Shown here: positions 8,738 through 17,748 of the stretch, piece after piece
Numbering within the stretch: position 1 is the stretch's first letter
How the letters are laid out: each line of letters starts with the position of its first letter
Assembly: GCA_035540495.1 (NCBI GenBank)
Contig: DATLGL010000064.1
Coordinates: forward strand, 68,265 to 132,264
DNA: 64,000 nt
From: Acidimicrobiales bacterium
Lineage (GTDB): Bacteria > Actinomycetota > Acidimicrobiia > Acidimicrobiales > CADCTF01
Direction of reading: 5' to 3'
Translations under genes and position numbers: made by a program
The notes under the pieces: model-generated
What the model was told of the DNA's origin: nothing
The model's database searches: none
The model's input: only the letters and a program-made list of their open reading frames with translations

Positions 8738-9019
8738 ATGGCTGGTCCGGACACGGAGACGGGCGGTGGCGACACCCTCGACGTCGCAGCGATGATCGAC
8801 CGGTTCCGGAGCCGGGCGAGGGCCGTCCGCAGCCGCGGCCTCCCACCGGTGGAGGGGCCGGAGCGACGCCAGTTCATCGAGCAGATGCAGCTCGACTACA
8901 TGGACTTCGCCATGATCGGCGACGCCGAAGGCGAGGTCGTCGACGGCGTCCTCACGCTGCGTGTCGACCTGCGGCCGAAGGGGACGAAGGCGTCCGCGCC
9001 GGCGTCGGCCGGCGACTAG
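8738..9019 (+). CDS. hypothetical protein (93 aa)
   Basis: Internal ATG of track ORF 8246..9019. Only this part (MAGPDTETGGGDTLDVAAMIDRFRSRA...QLDYMDFAMIGDAEGE...) looks protein-like. Confidence 0.45.
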   Translation: MAGPDTETGGGDTLDVAAMIDRFRSRARAVRSRGLPPVEGPERRQFIEQMQLDYMDFAMIGDAEGEVVDGVLTLRVDLRPKGTKASAPASAGD

Positions 9020-9025
9020 CCCGCG

Positions 9026-10078
9026 TCAGCCAGCAGCTGCGGGATCGAGCGGTTCGTCCCGTTCGAGCTCGACGACGACCCGGCGGTCGACCGCCGACCC
9101 CGCGCCGTCGGTGCCGTTCACCCGTTCGTCGACGACCAGCGGGAGACCGAGCTCCGGCGCGAACCACACGTGGCGGGCGATCCGCATGGAGTGGTCGCCG
9201 CCGAGCGAGATGTCGACGGTGTACTCCACGACGTCGACCGACCGTCCCGTGGCGCCGACCGTGCGCGTTCCCGCGCCGACGAGCCGAAGCGTCGCGTCGA
9301 GCGATGTGCGGCGGTCGTCGCTCGTCGCGCTCCACGTCCAGACCGCGCCGTCCGGTTCCGCGACCGGCACATCGACGAACCCGGCCGCCGACCGGAACCG
9401 CAACGGGGCCCGTCCACCCGTGGCGACGAGCAGCTCGAAGGCACGGCGTCCCGGGCCGTCGTAGCGGACCAGTTCCGAGGTGATCATGAGGTAAGGCGCA
9501 TCGACCCGTTGCGCCCCCGAGGTCGACGGGCCGACGCGGTACCGCGCTTCGACGGCGCTCTCCCGCGGTCCGACGAGTGTCGTTCCCTCGGTGATCGTCG
9601 CCCGCGCCGACCACTCCCCCGGCCGCGCATGTCGGAGCTCGAAGCGGCGAGGTGCGGCAGGGGCGCCCTCCGCACCGGCGCTCGTCACCGTCGACGGGGA
9701 GGCCGGCGACGCGGTCGGCTCGCCGCCGGGCGAGGCGACACCGCCATCGAGGTCAGCGCCTGTCGCAGCCGGCTGCGCACCAGCGGCGCCGGCGCCCCGC
9801 GCATCGACGACACCCACCGGACCCCCCGAACGCCCCGGCGGCGCAACGGCGTGGGGTGGCGCCGAGGGATCTGCCGCGTCCGTCGTGGAGGCGGCACGTG
9901 ACGCGACCTGGGCCCGCGTCGATGGACCCTCGCCCGCGGACGCGATCAGACTGACCGCGAGCGCGACGACGAGGGCGAGAACGGTCGCGGAGATCGCGAC
10001 CGAAGCCGACTGCACCCGGAACGGCGGCCGCGCCGGCACGCGTTCGGGCGGGGCCCCAGCACCTGCCACGTCGTCCAT
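9026..10078 (-). CDS. membrane-anchored hypothetical protein
   Basis: One N-terminal TM span (ISATVLALVVALAVSLIA), an Ala/Pro/Gly-rich linker, and a roughly 200-aa C-terminal domain. No motif recognised. Confidence 0.6.
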   Translation of the reverse strand: MDDVAGAGAPPERVPARPPFRVQSASVAISATVLALVVALAVSLIASAGEGPSTRAQVASRAASTTDAADPSAPPHAVAPPGRSGGPVGVVDARGAGAAGAQPAATGADLDGGVASPGGEPTASPASPSTVTSAGAEGAPAAPRRFELRHARPGEWSARATITEGTTLVGPRESAVEARYRVGPSTSGAQRVDAPYLMITSELVRYDGPGRRAFELLVATGGRAPLRFRSAAGFVDVPVAEPDGAVWTWSATSDDRRTSLDATLRLVGAGTRTVGATGRSVDVVEYTVDISLGGDHSMRIARHVWFAPELGLPLVVDERVNGTDGAGSAVDRRVVVELERDEPLDPAAAG

Positions 10079-10111
10079 TCTGCCGTAATCCCCCTAGCGT
10101 GAACACCGGCA

Positions 10112-11272
10112 ATGACACCTGACACACCGAGTGCCGCCGCTGGAGGCGCGCCTTCCGGACCGCTCGAGGGGCTGCGTGTGGTCGATTGCTCGACCGTCGT
10201 CGCAGGCCCGGGAGCAGCGCGCCACCTCGGCGACTTCGGGGCGGACGTGATCAAGGTCGAACGCGCCGACGGCGGCGACGGAACCCGAGGGATGGGCTGG
10301 CGCGACCCCACCGACGACGTGACGCTGTGGTGGAAGCTGATCGGACGGAACAAGCGGACGGTCGTTCTCGACCTCAAATCCGCCGAGGGCCGCGACGCCA
10401 TGCTCCGGCTCTGCGACACCGCTGACGTGCTCATCGAGAACTTCCGCCCGGGAACGCTCGAGCGGCTCGGGCTCGGTCCCGAGGTCCTCCTGGCTCGCAA
10501 CCCGAAGCTCGTCATCACAAGGGTGACCGGCTTCGGGCAGGACGGCCCCTACGCGGCTCGTCCAGGGTTCGCGACGCTTGCCGAGGCGATGAGCGGGTTC
10601 GCCGCGCTGAACGGGGAACCCGACGGCGCTCCCCTCCTCCCGCCCATCGCGTTGACCGACGAGGTCACCGCCCTGAGCGCGGCGTTCGCGACGATGGTCG
10701 CCCTGCGCTCCGGCGTCGGGCAGGTCGTCGACGTCAACCTCCTCGAGTCGATGCTGCAGCTGATGGGCGCGCTGCCGTCCGCCGCGGCGATGCTCGACTA
10801 CGACCAGCCGCGCCTCGGTGCAGGCATCCCGTACTCGGTCCCTCGTGGCACGTACCGCTGCGCAGATGGCCGGTGGGTGGCGATCAGCACGTCGTCGGAG
10901 TCGGTCGCTCGCCGGGTGCTCGACCTCATCGGCATCGGCGGCGACGAGCGACTCCACTCGATGGCGGGCCGCGTCGAGCACCGGGCACTGGTCGACGGTG
11001 CGGTGAGCGACTGGATCGGCGCCCGGTCGTCGGTCGAGGTGATCGACGCCTTCGTAGGCGCCGACGCCGCGATCGCGCCGGTCATGCGGATGACGGAGAT
11101 CGTCGTCGACCCGCACATCGTCGCCCGAGGCGCGGTCGCGCCCGTCGACGGCATCCCGATGCAGGGGCCGGTCGCCCGCCTGTCGGCCACCCCCGGACGG
11201 GTCCGCTGGACTGGCCGTCCCCTCGGAGCAGACACCGACGAGGTCATGCGCGAGCTCGACGAGCAGCGATGA
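10112..11272 (+). CDS. family III CoA-transferase (CaiB/BaiF type)
   Basis: GPLEGLRVVDCSTVVAGPGAARHLGDFGADVIKVE ... ENFRPGTLERLGLG ... LTDEV. Confidence 0.85.
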   Translation: MTPDTPSAAAGGAPSGPLEGLRVVDCSTVVAGPGAARHLGDFGADVIKVERADGGDGTRGMGWRDPTDDVTLWWKLIGRNKRTVVLDLKSAEGRDAMLRLCDTADVLIENFRPGTLERLGLGPEVLLARNPKLVITRVTGFGQDGPYAARPGFATLAEAMSGFAALNGEPDGAPLLPPIALTDEVTALSAAFATMVALRSGVGQVVDVNLLESMLQLMGALPSAAAMLDYDQPRLGAGIPYSVPRGTYRCADGRWVAISTSSESVARRVLDLIGIGGDERLHSMAGRVEHRALVDGAVSDWIGARSSVEVIDAFVGADAAIAPVMRMTEIVVDPHIVARGAVAPVDGIPMQGPVARLSATPGRVRWTGRPLGADTDEVMRELDEQR

Positions 11273-11294
11273 CGCGGATGGGTACGGTGCGCCG

Positions 11295-12842
11295 GTGAGC
11301 GCATCGCCCGCCCCGTGGTGGCAGCAGGCCGTCGTCTACCAGATCTATCCACGCAGCTTCCTCGACACCAACGGCGACGGTGTCGGCGACCTCGAGGGGA
11401 TCCGGCGCAAGCTCGATCACCTCGAGTGGCTCGGCGTCGACGCGATCTGGCTGTCGCCGTTCTTCAAGAGCCCGATGAAGGACTTCGGTTACGACGTCGC
11501 CGACTACTGCGACGTCGACCCGTTGTTCGGGAACATGGACGACTTCGACCGCCTTCTCAACGACGCGCACTCCCGCGGCATCAAGGTGATGATCGACTGG
11601 GTCCCCAACCACTCGAGCGACCAGCACCCGTGGTTCCAGGAGTCGAAGGCGTCACGCGACAACGCGAAGGCCGACTGGTACATCTGGCACGACGCGGATC
11701 CCGACGATCCGACGAGGCCGCCGAACAACTGGCGGTGCGCTTTCACGAACGGTCCGGCGTGGGACTGGTGCGACGAGCGCCAGCAGTGGTACCTCCACCT
11801 CTTCCTGCCCGAACAGCCCGACCTCAACTGGCGCAACCCCGAGGTGGTCGAGGCGATGCACGGCACGCTCCGCTTCTGGCTCGACAACGGCGTCGACGGG
11901 TTCCGGATGGACGTCATCCACGGCATCCTCAAGCAGCCCGGGTTCCCCGACATGCCCGAGGGCAGCGACGCGCACTTCACGCCAGAGGTTCGCTACGACA
12001 TCGAGGGCACGATCGACGCGGTGCGCGATCTGCGCCGCCTGCTCGACAGCTACCCCGGCGACCGCGCCATGGTCGGCGAGGTCTACATCCTCTCGACCGA
12101 GCGCGTCGCCGAGTTCTACGGCCAGAACGACGCTCTGCACATGGCCTTCAACTTCCCGCCGCTGTACGCGCCATGGAACGCCGAGAAGTGGCGCAAGCGG
12201 ATCGACCGTGTGGTCGAGGAGCTCGACCCCAAAGACGCCTGGCCGACGTGGGTGCTGTCGAACCACGACAATCCCCGCCACCGCACTCGGTACGGATCGG
12301 AGGCCAGGGCTCGTGCCGCCGCGGTGCTGCTGTTGACGTTGCGCGGCACGCCGTTCCTCTACGCCGGCGAGGAGCTCGGTCTCGAAGACGCCGTCATCCC
12401 CAGCGATCGTGTGGTCGACCCCGGCGGGCGCGACGGGTGCCGGGCGCCGATCCCGTGGACGTCGGAATCCGATCACGGGTGGGGCCAGGACGACAACTGG
12501 CTTCCGTGGCCGGCGAACGCAGACACCCACAACGCCGAGGTCGCACGCCACGACGACGGGTCGGTGCTGCACCTCTACCAGCGGATCCTCGCCGCTCGGC
12601 GCGGCTCGGCTGCGCTACGACTCGGATCGTTCGAGTACCTCGACGCACCTGAGGGCGTGCTCGCGTACGTGCGTGCGTCGGGCGACGACCGCCGGCTCGT
12701 GCTCGTGAACTTCACCGACGACGAGATCGCGTGCGAGGTCGCCGATTCGTGGCGTGTGGAGGTGTCGAGCGTGCGGGGGCCGGACGGCGCTGGCTACGAA
12801 GGGACGCTCGGCGCGAACGAGGCCGTCATCCTGCACCCGTAG
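11295..12842 (+). CDS. GH13 alpha-glucosidase / oligo-1,6-glucosidase-like
   Basis: WWQQAVVYQIYPRSF.DTNGDGVGDL, DWVPNH, GFRMDVIH, VGEV, NHDNPR (GH13 conserved regions). Confidence 0.85.
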   Translation: MSASPAPWWQQAVVYQIYPRSFLDTNGDGVGDLEGIRRKLDHLEWLGVDAIWLSPFFKSPMKDFGYDVADYCDVDPLFGNMDDFDRLLNDAHSRGIKVMIDWVPNHSSDQHPWFQESKASRDNAKADWYIWHDADPDDPTRPPNNWRCAFTNGPAWDWCDERQQWYLHLFLPEQPDLNWRNPEVVEAMHGTLRFWLDNGVDGFRMDVIHGILKQPGFPDMPEGSDAHFTPEVRYDIEGTIDAVRDLRRLLDSYPGDRAMVGEVYILSTERVAEFYGQNDALHMAFNFPPLYAPWNAEKWRKRIDRVVEELDPKDAWPTWVLSNHDNPRHRTRYGSEARARAAAVLLLTLRGTPFLYAGEELGLEDAVIPSDRVVDPGGRDGCRAPIPWTSESDHGWGQDDNWLPWPANADTHNAEVARHDDGSVLHLYQRILAARRGSAALRLGSFEYLDAPEGVLAYVRASGDDRRLVLVNFTDDEIACEVADSWRVEVSSVRGPDGAGYEGTLGANEAVILHP

Positions 12843-14031
12843 CGTCGAGATCGTCCGGCACCGCTATATCGGTCGCGAGCTCGCGCCCGGAGCGCTCCTC
12901 GAGCACGAGGTCGCCGCGGCCGGGACGGAACGCCATGGCCGCATGCCCGTCGACGAGGAGGCGGACCTTCTCGCCGATGAGCTCGTTTCGCCACCCCGAC
13001 GCGAGACGGCCCTCAGGCGAGCCGCGAAGGAACTCGTGCAGGTCGGCGCGAGTGGCCAGCAGCGCGGCATCGATCTTGAGGTCCTGCGAGAGCTGCGCGA
13101 TCCAGGCGGACGCGAGCGTCGCCGCGGGCCGCAGCCGGCGGTCGAGGTCGTCGGTCGGGGGCATGTCGGCCGACGACGGCTTCACGCTCTTGCCCCGTTC
13201 CACGACCGTGAGGAGCTCCCGCGCTGCATCCTCCTTCAGGCGCCCGTCGAGACCGCGGATCGACCGGAGCTCGCCGAGTGACTTCGGCTGCCGGTGCGCG
13301 ATGCCGAGCACCGCGAGGTCGCTGAGGATCGTGCGGACCGGCCGATCCGCCGCCATGGCCCGCTCCTCTCGCCACGCGGCCACCGCTTGGGCGACTCCCC
13401 GAGCAGGCCCTCGCAGCGACCGGCTCTCCTTGATGCGCCACCACGCCCGATCGGGATCCTGCGCCGAGCGCGGCCGGGCGAGGAGCGCCGCACACTCCTC
13501 CTCCGCCCACGCGAGGCGACCCACCCTCTCGAGCCGTTCGATGATCTCCCGGTGGACGTCGTGGAGATGCGCCACGTCGTCGGCCGCGTACCGACGTTGC
13601 GCGTCGGTGAGCGGACGCTGGGTCCAGTCGGTCAGCCGATCGCCCTTCGTCAGGCGGATGCCGAGGAGGCGCTCGACGAGTGACGACAGTGAGGGTGAGG
13701 AGAACCCGAGGAAGCCGGCCGCCAGCTGGGTGTCGAAGAGCTGCGTCGGCGTCGCGCCGCACGCGACGTCGAGGACCTCGAGGTCCTGATCGGCGGCGTG
13801 CGCGATCGCGACCCCGCCCTCGCGCAGGAGCCGCGCCAGTGGCGCGAGGTCGACGGCGAGCGGGTCGACGAGCACGAGGCCACCAGGCCACGCGAGCTGC
13901 ACGAGTGCGAGGTGCGGGTAGTAGGTCCGTTCCCTGTGGAACTCGGTGTCGATCGCGTAGGCCGGCTCGCGAACGATCTCGTCGATGACCTCCTCGAGCT
14001 CACGGTCGGTGTCGATCCAGCGGGCGGACAC
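12826..14031 (-). CDS. rnd: ribonuclease D
   Basis: DEDD exonuclease motif AIDTEFHRERTYYP..LALVQL plus an HRDC-like C-terminus. Start re-set to the in-frame GTG at 14031, because the track start at 14214 would overlap the upstream gene by 160 nt. That leaves 28 aa before DTEF, as I recall for E. coli RNase D. Confidence 0.8.
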   Translation of the reverse strand: MSARWIDTDRELEEVIDEIVREPAYAIDTEFHRERTYYPHLALVQLAWPGGLVLVDPLAVDLAPLARLLREGGVAIAHAADQDLEVLDVACGATPTQLFDTQLAAGFLGFSSPSLSSLVERLLGIRLTKGDRLTDWTQRPLTDAQRRYAADDVAHLHDVHREIIERLERVGRLAWAEEECAALLARPRSAQDPDRAWWRIKESRSLRGPARGVAQAVAAWREERAMAADRPVRTILSDLAVLGIAHRQPKSLGELRSIRGLDGRLKEDAARELLTVVERGKSVKPSSADMPPTDDLDRRLRPAATLASAWIAQLSQDLKIDAALLATRADLHEFLRGSPEGRLASGWRNELIGEKVRLLVDGHAAMAFRPGRGDLVLEERSGRELATDIAVPDDLDATGAG

Positions 14032-14053
14032 GGCGGCGAACGCTACCGGCCGC

Positions 14054-15031
14054 TCACGCGCCGGAACGAAGCGCCGCCAAATCGGCGAGGTCGTCGTTGT
14101 CGAACGTCCGGGGCGGTGGGCCTCCGAGTACCTGGCTGACGAGATCCGTCTCGATGGCCCAGAACATGACCGACTCCCGGTTGCGCGAGTGGTAGGGATG
14201 GTCGGGATCCGCACGCTTGCGGTCGAGGGCGATGTCGACGAGTCCGAGCAGGTGACCCACCTCGTGCACGGCCACCGCCTGCTCGATCGTCGCCGCGTCG
14301 ACGAGCGGCGACGCCGCCCCGTTCACCTTTTCGACGAAGAGGGCGAAGACGTCGCCGCGGACCGCGACGCCGATTGCGTTCCGCTGCCCAGCGAACCCGC
14401 CACGAAGGGCAAGGAAGCGGATGACGGCACGGCTGTCGGTGACCGCGATCGAGGCGTGTCGATCGGCGTACGCGTTGATGGCGGTCTCGTTCCACTCGCC
14501 CGGTCCCGTCGAGGCCGCCGTGCGGACCGTGAGACTCACGGGCTTGCGGGTGACGTCGCTCAGCACCCGTTCGACGTACGACGTCGTCGACGCACGGATC
14601 GAGGTTCCCGGCTCGACGATCACGTCGACCGCGAGTTCGGTCGCCGGCGTCGGCCGCAGCAAGGTGCGTGCATAGGCGCCTGCGCCGCCGAGGCGCCCGT
14701 CGTCGCGTCGAGGCGGCGCGACGGTCGTCGCGGTTTCCGGGGGAGCGGCAGGCGCGGGAGCGTCGTTCGGGCGCTCGGTCGTCCGCGGCGACCCACCGCC
14801 TGACGGAGCACGGGACGACGTGGTCGGCGGCGACGTCGACGGTGGCTCAGACGGCTTCGTCGCATCGTCGACCGTCGCAGGGGTCGTCTCGTCCGGATCG
14901 CCGTAGCCGAACACCCCGGTGCCGTCGTCGCGCGATGCGCACGCGCCCGCGACGAGGGCGAGGCTCAGGAGGAGCGGGATGGCAGCGAACCGGCGCACCC
15001 TCTCACTGTGCCGCGTCGCCACTACCGTCAC
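14054..15031 (-). CDS. lipoprotein, putative zinc metallopeptidase (HExxHxxGxxD)
   Basis: Lipobox LVAGAC, a Pro/Thr/Ser-rich linker, HEVGHLLGLVD at nt 14234-14266, and a downstream SVMF possible Met-turn. Confidence 0.65.
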   Translation of the reverse strand: MTVVATRHSERVRRFAAIPLLLSLALVAGACASRDDGTGVFGYGDPDETTPATVDDATKPSEPPSTSPPTTSSRAPSGGGSPRTTERPNDAPAPAAPPETATTVAPPRRDDGRLGGAGAYARTLLRPTPATELAVDVIVEPGTSIRASTTSYVERVLSDVTRKPVSLTVRTAASTGPGEWNETAINAYADRHASIAVTDSRAVIRFLALRGGFAGQRNAIGVAVRGDVFALFVEKVNGAASPLVDAATIEQAVAVHEVGHLLGLVDIALDRKRADPDHPYHSRNRESVMFWAIETDLVSQVLGGPPPRTFDNDDLADLAALRSGA

Positions 15032-15036
15032 CGGTC

Positions 15037-15561
15037 ATGCCGCTGTTCTCGTTCGAGGGGCGCTCCCCCAACGTCCACCCCGAGGCCTTCGTCGCGCCGA
15101 CGGCGACGCTCGTCGGCGACGTCACCGTCGAGGCGAACGCGTCGGTCTGGTACGGCGCCGTCATCCGGGCCGACTACGCGCCGGTGATCATCCGAGAAGG
15201 CGCCAACGTGCAGGACGGTTCGGTGCTGCACGGCCCGCCCAACACGCCGACCGAGGTGGGCCGTGGCGCAACCGTCGCCCACCTCTGCGTGGTCCACGGC
15301 GCGATCCTGGGCGAGGAGTGCCTCGTGGCGAACGGCACCACCGTCCTCGACGGCGCGCGCATCGGCGCCCGTTCGCTGGTCGCCGCTCACTCGCTCGTCG
15401 CGTCGAACGCGGTCATCCCCGACGGTGTGCTCGCCGCGGGTTCGCCTGCGGAGGTGAAGAAGGCGATCGAAGGCACGCCGGCCGAGTTCTGGGTGAAGGC
15501 GAACCCGGGCGCCTACCGCGACCTCGCCACGCGTCACCGGACCGGCGTCGAGCCCGCCTGA
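15037..15561 (+). CDS. gamma-carbonic-anhydrase-like / left-handed beta-helix (hexapeptide repeat) protein
   Basis: Internal ATG (MPLFSFEGRSPNVHPEAFVAPTATLVGDVTV...) with hexapeptide repeats, typical of the YrdA/PaaY-like family. The upstream 123 aa of the track ORF are shadow sequence. Confidence 0.85.
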   Translation: MPLFSFEGRSPNVHPEAFVAPTATLVGDVTVEANASVWYGAVIRADYAPVIIREGANVQDGSVLHGPPNTPTEVGRGATVAHLCVVHGAILGEECLVANGTTVLDGARIGARSLVAAHSLVASNAVIPDGVLAAGSPAEVKKAIEGTPAEFWVKANPGAYRDLATRHRTGVEPA

Positions 15562-15577
15562 GGCGACCCGCGAACGG

Positions 15578-16123
15578 TCAGCCCCCGTAGTTCATCCGGG
15601 TGTCCTCCATGCGGAGGACGTCGCTCGCCTCGTCCTTCTGGAACCGCGCGTAAACGACCTCGCCGATGAACAGCGTCGACGTCCCGCAGTCGACTGCCTG
15701 GCGGACCTCGCACTCGATGTACGCCACCGCCTGATCGAGCACCGGGACGCCGGTGCGCCCGTCGTGGTACGGGAAGCCGTTCAACGTGCGCGCCGCCTCG
15801 TCGACCTCGACCGGCTTCGTGAACTTCCGGACGATGGCCCGATCTTCGCGATCGAGGACGTTCACCGAGAACGCTCTGCCATCGGCGACCAGCGCGTGCG
15901 TCAGGGCGTGCTCCTCGATCGACACCGCCACCAACTTCGGGTCGAAGCTCACCTGCAGCACCCAGTTGGCGGTCATGCCGTTGCGCCGGTCACCGGCCCG
16001 CGAGCCGATGACGTACAGCCCCGTCGGCATCTTCCAGAGCACGCGCCGGCGGAGCTTGTCGTAATCGACGGGGTCGACGCCCTCGGGGAACGGGCCGATC
16101 GGTTCGTCGGGCTGGCGAGGCAT
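15578..16123 (-). CDS. flavin reductase-like domain protein
   Basis: GLYVIGSRAGDRRNGMTANWVLQVSFDPKLVAVSI, typical of the PF01613-type flavin reductase domain. Confidence 0.8.
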   Translation of the reverse strand: MPRQPDEPIGPFPEGVDPVDYDKLRRRVLWKMPTGLYVIGSRAGDRRNGMTANWVLQVSFDPKLVAVSIEEHALTHALVADGRAFSVNVLDREDRAIVRKFTKPVEVDEAARTLNGFPYHDGRTGVPVLDQAVAYIECEVRQAVDCGTSTLFIGEVVYARFQKDEASDVLRMEDTRMNYGG

Positions 16124-16146
16124 CCGACGACCCTACGGGACGACCG

Positions 16147-17550
16147 TCAGAGGCGGGCGACGGTGCGTGTCGCGGTGTTCGGCGTCTGCTCCGGCGGCAG
16201 CTCGACCTGGCCGAAGCCCGTCGCCTGCTTGTCTTCGGTGATGAGCCAGTAGCCCTTGCCGGTCGGCGCGGGGATGAGCCCGACGACCGCGGTCGCGGGC
16301 GTGCTCGACAGCCCACCGAGGTACGGCGCATCGCCGAACGCGTAGACGGCGCCGTCGGCCCCGACGAGCCAGTAGCCACGGCCGGTGCGAGTGCTGGCCG
16401 CGCCGACGATCGGTGCGCTCAACTGCTGCCCGGCCAGGCTGCCGTGGAAGGCGGCCTCGCCGAACGCGAAGACGCCTCCGTCTCGCCCGACGAGCAGGTA
16501 CCCGCGGCCGCTCGGGATCGACGAGGCGGCGACGATCTTGGCGTTGAGCGCCGATCCGACGAGTGAACCGAGGAAGGTCGAGTCGCCGAAGGTCAACACG
16601 CCGCCGTCCGCGCCGAACATCCGGTACCCCTGCCCCGTCGGCGAGACGTCGCCGGCGACGATCGGGGCGTTCAGCGGCGACTCCGCCGCGCTGCCGGCGT
16701 AGGCACCATCGCCGAACGCGAACACGCCCCCGTCGGCCGCGAAGAGCACGTAGCCCTTGCCGCTCGGCGTTGCGTCGGCGTCGACGATCGGCGCGTTCCG
16801 TGCCCCGTCGGCGGCACTACCCGAGAAGGCCGCGTCGCCGTAGGTGAACACGCCACCGTCGTCGGTGACGACCAGGTAGCCCGTCGACCCGTTCGGTGCC
16901 ACGCCGGCCGTCGCGATCGGCGCTCGCACCGGCTCGGGCTCGGGTGAAGACAGAGCGGTGCGGGGCGCGCTGCGCGAGACACGCGGCGCCGTCGGTCGCG
17001 TCGTGCGCGCCGTGGTGGCGGAGCTCGTCGTGCGGGGCGCCGGCGCAGCGGTGACTGCGCCCGAGCCGCCCGAGCCGCCCGAGCCACCCGACGGCATCCG
17101 GGCGAAGACCTGCGTGACCCACACCTTGCCGTCGGACCCGGTGTAGGTCCCCACGCCGGCGTGGGTGAAGTTCCCGAGGATGTTCGCCCGGTGCGACGAC
17201 GACTGCATGAACATCGAGTTCACCTCGGCGATCGACCCGCCGACACCGACGTTCTCGCCGACGGCGATCCAGCCGGGCATCACCGACGACACCTTGCTGC
17301 CGAGGTTGGTGCTGTGGACGAGCGTGTTGCGCGCGGCCATCTCTCGTGAGTGCGCGGCGGCGACGGACGCCAATCCTCCGGAGCTGGCGACGGTGGGAAG
17401 ACCCGCCGCGCTGCGCCGGCTGTTGATGAAGGAGACGTCGGCGGCTGCGGGCCGCGCGGTCGTCGCGATGAGCAGGATCACGGCAGCGGCCAGGACCCCG
17501 ATCAGGGTCGGCCACCGGCGCGCGGACGTGACGAAGTGGAGTGAAGTCAT
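16147..17550 (-). CDS. secreted CAP/SCP (PR-1-like) domain protein with C-terminal tandem 42-aa repeats
   Basis: Start set to ATG 17550 (MTSLHFVTSARRWPTLIGVLAAAVILLIA..AAA, a signal peptide). The CAP-like part is AAAHSREMAARNTLVHS...GENVGVG...SSSHRANILGNFTHAGVG...WVTQVF. It is followed by an SGG linker and the repeats. Confidence 0.75.
   Translation of the reverse strand: MTSLHFVTSARRWPTLIGVLAAAVILLIATTARPAAADVSFINSRRSAAGLPTVASSGGLASVAAAHSREMAARNTLVHSTNLGSKVSSVMPGWIAVGENVGVGGSIAEVNSMFMQSSSHRANILGNFTHAGVGTYTGSDGKVWVTQVFARMPSGGSGGSGGSGAVTAAPAPRTTSSATTARTTRPTAPRVSRSAPRTALSSPEPEPVRAPIATAGVAPNGSTGYLVVTDDGGVFTYGDAAFSGSAADGARNAPIVDADATPSGKGYVLFAADGGVFAFGDGAYAGSAAESPLNAPIVAGDVSPTGQGYRMFGADGGVLTFGDSTFLGSLVGSALNAKIVAASSIPSGRGYLLVGRDGGVFAFGEAAFHGSLAGQQLSAPIVGAASTRTGRGYWLVGADGAVYAFGDAPYLGGLSSTPATAVVGLIPAPTGKGYWLITEDKQATGFGQVELPPEQTPNTATRTVARL
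16198..16881 (-). repeat. 5.5 tandem coding repeats (~42 aa, consensus GYxLvgxDGGVFaFGDAxFxGSxxxxxLNAPIVgxxxxPtGx)
   Basis: Read from the translation, the repeats start at aa 246, 288, 330, 372, 414 and 455 (partial) of the 489-aa track ORF. Confidence 0.75.
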
Positions 17551-17666
17551 GGCAAGCGTGGCGAAGATCGATGTCGTCTGTCGGGACCGAACCCGACATG
17601 GCGGCGACGCACACACCCGCCAGGGTGCGCCTCGATGCCGGATGCGACCCTAACCGGAGGTGGGAC

Positions 17667-17686
17667 AAAACGCGCGCATCGCGCGC
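17667..17686 (-). terminator. possible weak intrinsic terminator after putA
   Basis: On the minus strand, GCGCGC-GAT-GCGCGC then GTTTTG, about 60 nt after the putA stop. The stem is short (6 bp) and the T-tract is only 4 nt. Confidence 0.3.
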
Positions 17687-17748
17687 CGGGTTTCCTCTGC
17701 TGAACCGTGTTGACGTCACCACGCGTGGCGACAGCAGCACACGCGGCG

